Positions 56,764 through 64,000 of a stretch of 64,000 nt of DNA are shown here, piece after piece. Where the stretch lies: positions 288,001 to 352,000 of the forward strand of contig JBMFRB010000002.1 of assembly GCA_049968255.1 (NCBI GenBank), given 5' to 3'. The notes under the pieces were generated by a model. It was given only the letters and a program-made list of their open reading frames with translations, had not been told where the DNA came from and searched no databases. The position numbers and the translations under genes were made by a program. The stretch is from Candidatus Sumerlaeaceae bacterium. GTDB lineage: Bacteria > Sumerlaeota > Sumerlaeia > Sumerlaeales > Sumerlaeaceae. Positions within the stretch are counted from its first letter, which is position 1; each line of letters starts with the position of its first letter.

Positions 56764-56777
56764 AGGAGTGAGATTCT

Positions 56778-58358
56778 GTGCTCTGGTTAGAATCTCCCGC
56801 ACAACGAGGGCAGATGCAGGGTGAAAGACATAGCTTGAAAGAATCCCCGCTCGTGCCGTTGAGCCTCACGTACCTCGTTTTTTGGTTGCTCACTGCGGTC
56901 GGATATTCGCGGCCTGTTCAGTTTCGACAAGTTTCTGTTCCCGTTCAGTCGCTGAATCCGAAGATGGCTGTACATCCTGTGGATCTATGGGGCGACGAAA
57001 AACTAGAGTTCGTCGTCGTGTCGCCGAGTGGCAGTCTAGATGTTTTTGGATGGGACGGAGACAAGCTGAAATCTGAACAACGGATCAATTTCCCGACAGA
57101 GGATAATGGTCCGACGTATTATAGTTTTGCTCGGCTGATCCGTGGTGGAAAGTATTCCCTAATCCTACTCAGAGCAAATGGCTTGTACGTGTGGCCAGTG
57201 ACCGAGGAGCACTTCGACACATCACCGAAAAAACTTCTCGACATCTCACTGCCTAAGACCAACACAGCAGGTGAAACTTGCGAGTATTTTGAAATGGCTT
57301 ATGATCTTGATGGCGACGGCATTGACGAGTTGATTCTCCCTCAGGCTGAGCGCTTCACCCTTTACCATGCGCGGGAGCCGCTCCATTATGTTTCGGTTTC
57401 GCTTCCTCGCGATCCCTTTAAGTCCACATCAACATTTCAGTTTCGCCGACAACTTCCGGATGACCCTGTACGTGTGCCAAGTATCAGCGGCTCGGTGCTG
57501 CGGCGCCGGGGGGTAGATGATCTCGTATTCTTCGATGCCAATGGCGACGCAAAAGAGGATCTCGTCTTCACAAGCATTGTGCACGCTCCTAAAAGTCGAG
57601 AGATTGAGCGGTACGAGATATTTTTTCAGAAAAGCGGCCTGACTTTCGGAGTTGTCCCAGACCAAGTCATAGAGATTCCCTACGATGAGCGCTCCTACGT
57701 TACTTTTCGGGATTTCGACCGGGATGGCCGCTGCGAAGCGTTCACAGTGGCAAGCAACTACGACATTGTTGCCCCCCGCACCATCATTCGGATTCTTGGT
57801 GGCGATGCTAAGCGCACAACGTCGTCGAAGGAGCGTTTTCGTTTGGTCACAAAAGACCCTATCGGCCTTGTGAAACTCGGCGACTTCAATCGCGACGGTG
57901 TAGAAGATTTCGCCTGCACCTTTTTCAGCTATCAGTTCGGTTCGACGGAGGACATCGCCAGCATCGTCGCAGCTAACCGTGTGCGTTTTCGCCTTCAATT
58001 TTTCCTTGGCCAGACCGGAAAACTTTTTGCGCGCCAACCGAGTTATGAGTTTGAGCTCAATTTGAGTCTAAAACCTGAATCATATGGTTCCTATCCTCCA
58101 TTTTACCTCGTGCCCGACATGAACGGCGACGGTATTGTGGACCTTGTGGCACGAGCCGATGAAACGCGCGTTGCCGTCTACTTTTCCGAGGCGAAATTTG
58201 CTTATCCGCGCCAACCGACCGTCTCACTTCTCGTACCTCCCGATGCAGCGCTGAGTTTTGCTGACTGCAATGGCGATGGGCTTGATGACCTTATCGTGAC
58301 GAGCATCCAAAAACAGAGCGTGAGTATCTACCTCGCTCCGCCGAGGAGAGAAAAGTGA
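56778..58358 (+). CDS. FG-GAP/VCBS repeat exported protein
   Basis: Hydrophobic leader and seven DxxGDG-type loops (DLWGDE, DLDGDG, DANGDA, DFDRDG, DFNRDG, DMNGDG, DCNGDG). Start uncertain. Confidence 0.85.
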   Translation: MLWLESPAQRGQMQGERHSLKESPLVPLSLTYLVFWLLTAVGYSRPVQFRQVSVPVQSLNPKMAVHPVDLWGDEKLEFVVVSPSGSLDVFGWDGDKLKSEQRINFPTEDNGPTYYSFARLIRGGKYSLILLRANGLYVWPVTEEHFDTSPKKLLDISLPKTNTAGETCEYFEMAYDLDGDGIDELILPQAERFTLYHAREPLHYVSVSLPRDPFKSTSTFQFRRQLPDDPVRVPSISGSVLRRRGVDDLVFFDANGDAKEDLVFTSIVHAPKSREIERYEIFFQKSGLTFGVVPDQVIEIPYDERSYVTFRDFDRDGRCEAFTVASNYDIVAPRTIIRILGGDAKRTTSSKERFRLVTKDPIGLVKLGDFNRDGVEDFACTFFSYQFGSTEDIASIVAANRVRFRLQFFLGQTGKLFARQPSYEFELNLSLKPESYGSYPPFYLVPDMNGDGIVDLVARADETRVAVYFSEAKFAYPRQPTVSLLVPPDAALSFADCNGDGLDDLIVTSIQKQSVSIYLAPPRREK

Positions 58359-58361
58359 GTC

Positions 58362-59981
58362 ATGGCAGGAGAATCCACGCCATCGCTGGATGACATGCTC
58401 GCCATCGCGCAAGAGATGCCGCTCGGAGAGCGGGTTGGCCGTGTTTTCATGTTTCATTTGCGAAATTTGGTTCATGCGGAAAATCTCTTGCGGCTCAAGC
58501 CAGCTGGTTTTGTGCGAATTTATTCTGATGCACTTACCGCGGTGCGCCAACATGCCCAACTTCAGAGTCACGCTGGCTACCCACTCTTGCTTGCAGCCGA
58601 CTTCGAGAAGGGCGTGGCCCCAGTGGTCAGTGGGGCGACCGAATACGGACCAGCTATGGCACTCGCTGCAGCAGGGGAAGAGCAGCTCACTTATGCCATT
58701 GCCCGCGCCATTGCAGCGGAAGCCAGCGCCATTGGGATCAACTGGAATCTCATGCCGACGCTGGATGTCAACACTGAGCCTCGTAACCCCATCATCAATG
58801 TGCGTGCATTTTCCGATGACCCGCTTACGGTCGTCGAACACGGACGTGCTTTCATAAAAGGCTCTCACGACAATGGGGTCTTGGTTTGCCCAAAACATTT
58901 TCCAGGTCACGGCTCCACTGCGACCGATTCGCATGCCACTCTTCCTGTCATCACCCTGCCTGAGGCGGAGTTGCGAAAAACGCATATCTCGCCTTTTGCG
59001 GAGCTTATTCGCACAGAACACGTTGAAGCCGTGATGGTGGGGCATTTGGTGTGTCCCGCACTTGATCCATCTAGACTTCCAGCAACTTTTTCGCAGCGGC
59101 TCATCGAACAAATGCTCCGAGAAGAATTGGAATTCGATGGTGTGGTGGTGAGCGATGCCCTTGATATGGGAGCATTGACTCGTTGTTTCTCCACGGAAGA
59201 GATCGTTGTGCGCGCCTTTACTGCCGGATGTGATCTCCTGCTGATGCCCGCGGATCCTTGGGCTGCTTATGAAGCTTTATTGCGCGCGGTCCAAGATGGG
59301 ACAATATCCGAGGAACGCCTGAATTTAGCCGTGGCCCGAGTTCTGCGCCTTGCCACGTACGTCGAGACTAGGAACAAGAACGTAGTAAGGCCAGACGACA
59401 CGCTCGGTGTTGTGGGGAACGTCGCCCACATAGGTTTGGCGGAAAAACTCGGTAGAGCATGCATCACTGTCATCCGTGGTGTCTCGGGTAACTGCCCGGT
59501 TTCAAAGACAAAACACGTGGCGGTTATAAGCTTTTCGACCACACATGACGGTCTTTTTGAATACCTTGCACCCAAGGAGTTTGGAGACTACTGCGAAGCG
59601 CTGCACCCACTCTGCAGGAGCTTCTACTGTGGGAAGCTCGGGCAAGAGCGTTATGATATCCCCGACGCAGTTGGCTACGCGCTTGAGTTATGTGCTGGAG
59701 CCGACATGATCGTCCTTGGCATTTATGCTCGTATCGTGGTCGCAAGTGGCCATATTGGCTTCGCCCCACAGGAGCTCGAGTTTCTCGCGCGCGTTTTGTC
59801 CCTCGGAAAACCAGTGATCGTTGTTTTGTTTGCCCCCCCTTGCCTAGCGCTGGATTTGCCATCGGAAATCAGCAATGTCATTTGTGCATTTGGTTCCGGG
59901 TGGGCACTTCAAAAAGCAGCAGCTGCTGCGGTTTTTGGGCGGATTCCCTTTCAGGGGAAATTGCCAATACGTCTCGAGTAG
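58362..59981 (+). CDS. GH3 beta-N-acetylhexosaminidase (NagZ-like, two-domain)
   Basis: ADFEKG, NPIINVRAF, KHFPGHG..ATDSH and VVSDALDM motifs. Confidence 0.92.
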   Translation: MAGESTPSLDDMLAIAQEMPLGERVGRVFMFHLRNLVHAENLLRLKPAGFVRIYSDALTAVRQHAQLQSHAGYPLLLAADFEKGVAPVVSGATEYGPAMALAAAGEEQLTYAIARAIAAEASAIGINWNLMPTLDVNTEPRNPIINVRAFSDDPLTVVEHGRAFIKGSHDNGVLVCPKHFPGHGSTATDSHATLPVITLPEAELRKTHISPFAELIRTEHVEAVMVGHLVCPALDPSRLPATFSQRLIEQMLREELEFDGVVVSDALDMGALTRCFSTEEIVVRAFTAGCDLLLMPADPWAAYEALLRAVQDGTISEERLNLAVARVLRLATYVETRNKNVVRPDDTLGVVGNVAHIGLAEKLGRACITVIRGVSGNCPVSKTKHVAVISFSTTHDGLFEYLAPKEFGDYCEALHPLCRSFYCGKLGQERYDIPDAVGYALELCAGADMIVLGIYARIVVASGHIGFAPQELEFLARVLSLGKPVIVVLFAPPCLALDLPSEISNVICAFGSGWALQKAAAAAVFGRIPFQGKLPIRLE

Positions 59982-59995
59982 GAGATTCCAAGCGC

Positions 59996-60412
59996 ATGTC
60001 CTGTCCGCCAGATTCGTCCTCGCACCAAGACCAAATTGTCAAAGAAGTAGAGGCGTTGATTCGTCTATATGATGTTACGGAGCTTCAGCGCTTACGCGAG
60101 AGCCTTTCCCCCAGGTGGTGGGAAAGTGGCTTGCGGATTTTGCTATTTGTGTCCGGGCTGGGCTTTGCAATCACTGTTTACAAGTTAATTCCCTCGGCAA
60201 ATTCTTTTCTTTTTGGCTTTGTGTTCTTCTGGTTTATCCTTTTCATTCTCACGATGCTGGGACTTATCGAGTACCTTGTATTGAAAGTGCGTGCACTCAC
60301 GAGATTTTGCGAGTACCAAGGGCGGCTGCTTGACCACATGCTCAAAAAATCTGCTGTGCGGAGCACTCTCGCCGATGAGGCCACGCAGGCACACAGTTCT
60401 AAAAGTGGTTGA
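59996..60412 (+). CDS. Hypothetical two-TM membrane protein
   Basis: AGGAG upstream of ATG 59996 and two hydrophobic segments; fills the GH3-ald gap. Confidence 0.7.
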   Translation: MSCPPDSSSHQDQIVKEVEALIRLYDVTELQRLRESLSPRWWESGLRILLFVSGLGFAITVYKLIPSANSFLFGFVFFWFILFILTMLGLIEYLVLKVRALTRFCEYQGRLLDHMLKKSAVRSTLADEATQAHSSKSG

Positions 60413-60490
60413 AAAGCCGCCCGTTGCACTTTCTAGCTGCAGAGAGAATTTTGGGATAAGGGATCCGATGACGGAAGGGAGTCGCTAACT

Positions 60491-61609
60491 ATGATTATCG
60501 GCGTGCCGAAAGAGATTAAGAATAATGAATATCGCGTAGGGATGGTTCCGGCTGGCGTGCGTCAGCTCGCGAGGTCGGGCCACAGAGTCCTGATAGAAAC
60601 ACGGGCCGGTGAGGGCAGCGGCATTTCTGACGACGAATATGCGAATGCGGGGGCGGAGATTGTTCCCGATGCCGCGAGTGTGTACGGCGCGGCTGGTATG
60701 ATTGTCAAGGTGAAGGAGCCGCTCGAACAGGAGTACCCTCTCATCCGCGAAGGGCAGATCATTTTTACGTATTTCCATTTTGCCTCTTCGCGCGAGCTCA
60801 CGGAGGCAATGATTCAACGCAAGGCCATTTGCGTGGCTTACGAGACGATAACCACCCCCGACGGAAAACTGCCTTGCCTTACGCCGATGAGCGAAGTTGC
60901 CGGCCGCATGAGCATCCAAGAGGGTGCCAAATATTTGGAAAAACCGATGAAGGGACGTGGAATCCTGCTAAGTGGCGTGCCGGGGGTGGATCCTGCGCGA
61001 GTACTCGTGCTTGGGGGAGGGGTCGTCGGAGCAAACGCCGCAAAGATCGCTGCAGGGCTTGGGGCACAAGTGACGATCATGGACGTGAATCTGGACCGCC
61101 TACGTTATCTTGCTGACATTATGCCGGCAAACGTGATTACTCTGATGAGCAACGAGGACAATATCCGCGCACGTTTGCCATTGGCCGATCTTGTCATAGG
61201 CGCCGTCCTTGTCGTTGGTGCACGTGCCCCGCGCCTGATCACACGTGATATGCTTAAGCTCATGAAACCCGGCGCAGTCATTGTGGACGTGGCGATTGAC
61301 CAGGGTGGTTGCGTGGAAACTTCGCGGCCGACCACACATGCTGATCCCATTTTCATCGTGGACAACGTGGTGCACTATTGTGTGACAAACATGCCTGGAG
61401 CTGTTGGGCGCACGTCTACATATGCACTCACAAACGTGACCACCCCCTATGCTGTGAAGATTGCGAACGAAGGTTGGCCTAACTTTGCTCGAAAGGATTC
61501 TGCGCTGGCGGCCGGCGTTAATATGGTCGAGGGCGTTGTAACTTGTAAACCTGTGGCGGAGTGTTTTGGGCTAGCGAACTACACACCCATCGAAGAGTTG
61601 ATAAAATAG
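60491..61609 (+). CDS. ald: Alanine dehydrogenase
   Basis: GVPKEIKNNEYRV, KVKEP, MSEVAGR, GGGVVG, DVAIDQGGC and NMPGAV motifs. Confidence 0.97.
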   Translation: MIIGVPKEIKNNEYRVGMVPAGVRQLARSGHRVLIETRAGEGSGISDDEYANAGAEIVPDAASVYGAAGMIVKVKEPLEQEYPLIREGQIIFTYFHFASSRELTEAMIQRKAICVAYETITTPDGKLPCLTPMSEVAGRMSIQEGAKYLEKPMKGRGILLSGVPGVDPARVLVLGGGVVGANAAKIAAGLGAQVTIMDVNLDRLRYLADIMPANVITLMSNEDNIRARLPLADLVIGAVLVVGARAPRLITRDMLKLMKPGAVIVDVAIDQGGCVETSRPTTHADPIFIVDNVVHYCVTNMPGAVGRTSTYALTNVTTPYAVKIANEGWPNFARKDSALAAGVNMVEGVVTCKPVAECFGLANYTPIEELIK

Positions 61610-61634
61610 TTTGAGCCGAGGCTTGTTTGTTGAC

Positions 61635-61677
61635 GAGGGACGCATGCGTGAGGTGCGTCCCTCATGTTTATTATGTT
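61635..61677 (+). terminator. Rho-independent terminator after ald
   Basis: GAGGGACGCA / TGCGTCCCTC 10-bp stem followed by T-rich ATGTTTATTATGTT. Confidence 0.65.
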
Positions 61678-61693
61678 CACTAAGCGCTAAAAC

Positions 61694-62830
61694 GTGCTGC
61701 GATACGTGCGACTAAAAATCCTCGACCGACTTCTTCTCAGCGAATTCTGGCTTGCTTTCTTTGCAACCTTGGCGTTCTGCGCACTTCTCCTCATAGTGGC
61801 GACGATCTTTGAAAAGTTTCAGGACATCATTGAGAACGACGCCCCTTTGAACAAAGTGGTGCTCTACTTTCTGTGCAGCCTGCCGTTCAAACTGATCCAA
61901 GTCATTCCCATGGTGTGTGCCTTAGCGGTTCTATTCTCGGTAGGCGGCCTTGCGCGAAACAACGAAATCCTCGCGTTTCTCACCAGCGGCGTGCATAATC
62001 TTCGCATTCTCGCACCAGTGGCCGCCTCGGGAGCTGTGATTATGGTCGGAGTCTTTGTTGTGAATGAGTTTTTCGTAGCACGGCTTGAGCAAGAGGCGCG
62101 TTACTTGGAACGGCGTTACATCGAGGCCAAGAGTGAAGCGAGGCTTGTCACTCGGCGCGACATTTTTGTTCGCGGTATGGGGAATCGCTTTTACCTCATG
62201 AAGATGTACGATACTCGCGAAGGCAGGATGTATAATCCACAAATTGTGGACATGACCGAGGACTACTCGGCCCTGCGCCAACGGATTGATGCGCGTGAAG
62301 CCAAGTTGATAGCCGACAAGCGGGGTGAGCAGCGGTCTGAATGGCAATTGTCCCAACCCCGAATATGGAGCTTTGACGAGCGGGGAAATCTCACGAATTT
62401 TGAACAGATCACTGGAGAGCGGCGCGTCTATCTAGAACCTGACTTGTCTGTGATTTTAGGGCAAAAGAAAAAGCCGGAGGAAATGAATTTCTTTGAATTG
62501 CGCCGGCACATTCAAATTCTTGCCGAGCGTGCCCAGCCGGTCTTTGATTACGAGACGGACCTCTATCGCAAACTAACCTTACCCATATCGATCCTCGTTG
62601 CTATGACCATGGCTTTCTCCTACGCGGTGCGAACCCGTGCAGGTAACGCAACAAGCGCGTTTGGCTACGGTCTCACGTGGGTCATTGGCCTGTACGCAGC
62701 GAACGCGGTTTTTGGGGCGTTAGGGCACTCTGGAGTTATTCCCCCATTCTCTGCAGCCTGGCTCCCTATTTTTCTCTTTGCAGGCGCGGCTGTCGTCCAC
62801 GTCAGGAAAAGTTATCGGTGGTATGCTTGA
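61694..62830 (+). CDS. LptF/LptG-family LPS export permease
   Basis: ILDR, L.RNNEI.A..TSG, NE..., a periplasmic jellyroll region, PEEM and AAWLP motifs. Confidence 0.9.
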   Translation: MLRYVRLKILDRLLLSEFWLAFFATLAFCALLLIVATIFEKFQDIIENDAPLNKVVLYFLCSLPFKLIQVIPMVCALAVLFSVGGLARNNEILAFLTSGVHNLRILAPVAASGAVIMVGVFVVNEFFVARLEQEARYLERRYIEAKSEARLVTRRDIFVRGMGNRFYLMKMYDTREGRMYNPQIVDMTEDYSALRQRIDAREAKLIADKRGEQRSEWQLSQPRIWSFDERGNLTNFEQITGERRVYLEPDLSVILGQKKKPEEMNFFELRRHIQILAERAQPVFDYETDLYRKLTLPISILVAMTMAFSYAVRTRAGNATSAFGYGLTWVIGLYAANAVFGALGHSGVIPPFSAAWLPIFLFAGAAVVHVRKSYRWYA

Positions 62831-62867
62831 GCAGTGCGCACTCCCCCTCTCCCCGAGCCTTGCAGTC

Positions 62868-63875
62868 CTACCGTAGGGCTGGAAGCTTCACCGTCGAAAA
62901 TTGCTGGAAGAACGCTCCGGAGGATTCGGTTGCAAACTTCTCAACCATGTCCAGAAAAGTTTTTTTTGTGGTGAAGTCAACAAACGGCGCCTTGGCCGGC
63001 AGATTAGCAAGAATAGTCGCGCGGCGCCGGGCGTCTTCAAGATTGCCTATGCTGTCGATGAGTCCGAGAGCGAGTGCCTGCTCGCCAGTAAACACCCGTC
63101 CATCGGCCATTGCTCTCACCCGGTCAACGATCGCCACATCTACACTCAGCTCTTGCGCCATCGCCTCGGCGTCAAATGCTGCGAGCTCTATGGCTTTTTC
63201 ACGCTTTTTCGTCTCGGTCGTGGCAAGAATATCACTGTAGGCCTGCGGATGATCACGCAATGCTTTTTCGATTGCTGTGCGTCGGCTACGTATGACTTCG
63301 CGAACAAACTGACGATGAAGGTCGTAAACCAGGCGCTGCAGCAAATTTTTCTCCTCCTCCGTCATCGGCCGGAGGGGCGAGCCAGTGTCCTTGTGCTCAC
63401 CGCTTTTGATTACGTTGGGACGAATGCGCAGTGATTGCAAAAGCTGCTCAATGTCAAAATCCGTTGCGATGACCCCAATGCTTCCCGTAATCGTTCCCGC
63501 GTTTGCGAAAATTTCATTTGCGCCAGTGGAAATGTAATAACCGCCTGAGGCGGCAACGTTACCCATGGAGATCACAACAGGTTTTTCCGCGCGTGTTCTG
63601 ACGAGTTCGCGATAAATCTCTTCGCTCGCGCCTACGGCGCCACCGGGGCTGTCCACGCGCACGACAATTGCTTTTACCTGTTTGGCTTCGCGTGCCCTTC
63701 TGATGCTGTCCAACGCATTCTTACTTTCGTAGATTGGGCCCTCGATTCTGATCAAGGCCACACATTCTTGTGTCGCGCCGGCTTTTGCCATTACTGCCGC
63801 GAACACAACGAGAAGCACGATCATTCCGAGCACGGTCAAGACGATCATGCATCCTTTTCTTAGTGCGCTAGCCAT
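62868..63875 (-). CDS. sppA: Signal peptide peptidase SppA (36K type, S49)
   Basis: N-terminal TM, RVDSPGG, AASGGYY, TGSIGV, KSGEHKD and DGRVFTG motifs. Start taken at ATG 63875, after the argS stop. Confidence 0.93.
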   Translation of the reverse strand: MASALRKGCMIVLTVLGMIVLLVVFAAVMAKAGATQECVALIRIEGPIYESKNALDSIRRAREAKQVKAIVVRVDSPGGAVGASEEIYRELVRTRAEKPVVISMGNVAASGGYYISTGANEIFANAGTITGSIGVIATDFDIEQLLQSLRIRPNVIKSGEHKDTGSPLRPMTEEEKNLLQRLVYDLHRQFVREVIRSRRTAIEKALRDHPQAYSDILATTETKKREKAIELAAFDAEAMAQELSVDVAIVDRVRAMADGRVFTGEQALALGLIDSIGNLEDARRRATILANLPAKAPFVDFTTKKTFLDMVEKFATESSGAFFQQFSTVKLPALR

Positions 63876-63921
63876 TGAAAAGCGCCCTCCAGTTGCATCA
63901 TCGAAAAGCGGATCTTGGGAC

Positions 63922-64000
63922 TCACATTTGCTCCGGGTGCTCAATGCCGAGAAGGTCTAATCCTTGTGCGATTGTTCGTGCTGTCAGCGAACACAAAATA
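63922..64000 (-). CDS. argS: Arginine-tRNA ligase (3' end only, enters from outside the window)
   Basis: Not in the ORF track. Manual translation gives ILCSLTARTIAQGLDLLGIEHPEQM*, matching the ArgRS terminal GL.LLGI..PE.M motif. Confidence 0.85.
   Translation of the reverse strand, partial: ILCSLTARTIAQGLDLLGIEHPEQM

Noticed and set aside
58224-59111. Long antisense or alternate-frame ORFs (295 aa here; also 52676-53485, 47368-48000, 29599-30219, 57429-58037)
   Set aside because: They are shadows of well-supported genes and carry no motifs of their own.
1-64000. CRISPR arrays, rRNA/tRNA genes, IS elements and defence systems
   Set aside because: No repeat-spacer periodicity, structural RNA signature, transposase or defence gene was recognised by eye; a covariance-model scan was not possible.

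Overview
A gene-dense stretch of a diderm bacterial chromosome (LptF/G permease, Wzx, WcaJ-like transferase and type IV pili present) with about 52 CDSs, mostly housekeeping. Recognised genes: gmk, panB, panC, cca, dapL, yhaM, miaB, rlmN, miaA, hfq, mnmG, fabI, murA, ilvN, ald, sppA. Truncated genes sit at the edges: a UbiA-family gene on the left and argS on the right. Envelope-glycan genes are interleaved (Wzx, RmlA-like and RmlD-like, several GT-B, two YfhO-like GT-C), along with scattered type IV pilus genes (three minor pilins, pilT, a PilB/GspE-type ATPase, a PilZ protein), an orphan microcompartment vertex gene, an orphan nuoI and bshA. I found no rRNA, tRNA, CRISPR array, IS element or prophage. 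The most unusual observations are: (1) a PilB/GspE ATPase that appears fused to a signal peptide, an extracytoplasmic TPR region and a TM anchor; (2) a B12-type radical SAM enzyme with a WbdD-like coiled coil and amphipathic tail; (3) a ~900 bp non-coding gap between convergent genes holding a symmetric 11-6-11 dif-like palindrome about 1.9 kb from a Xer recombinase, plus a local C-to-G skew flip; (4) a separate DnaA-box cluster; and (5) an ADP-ribosylglycohydrolase homolog with eroded catalytic motifs. All calls come from reading motifs by eye; no database searches were run.
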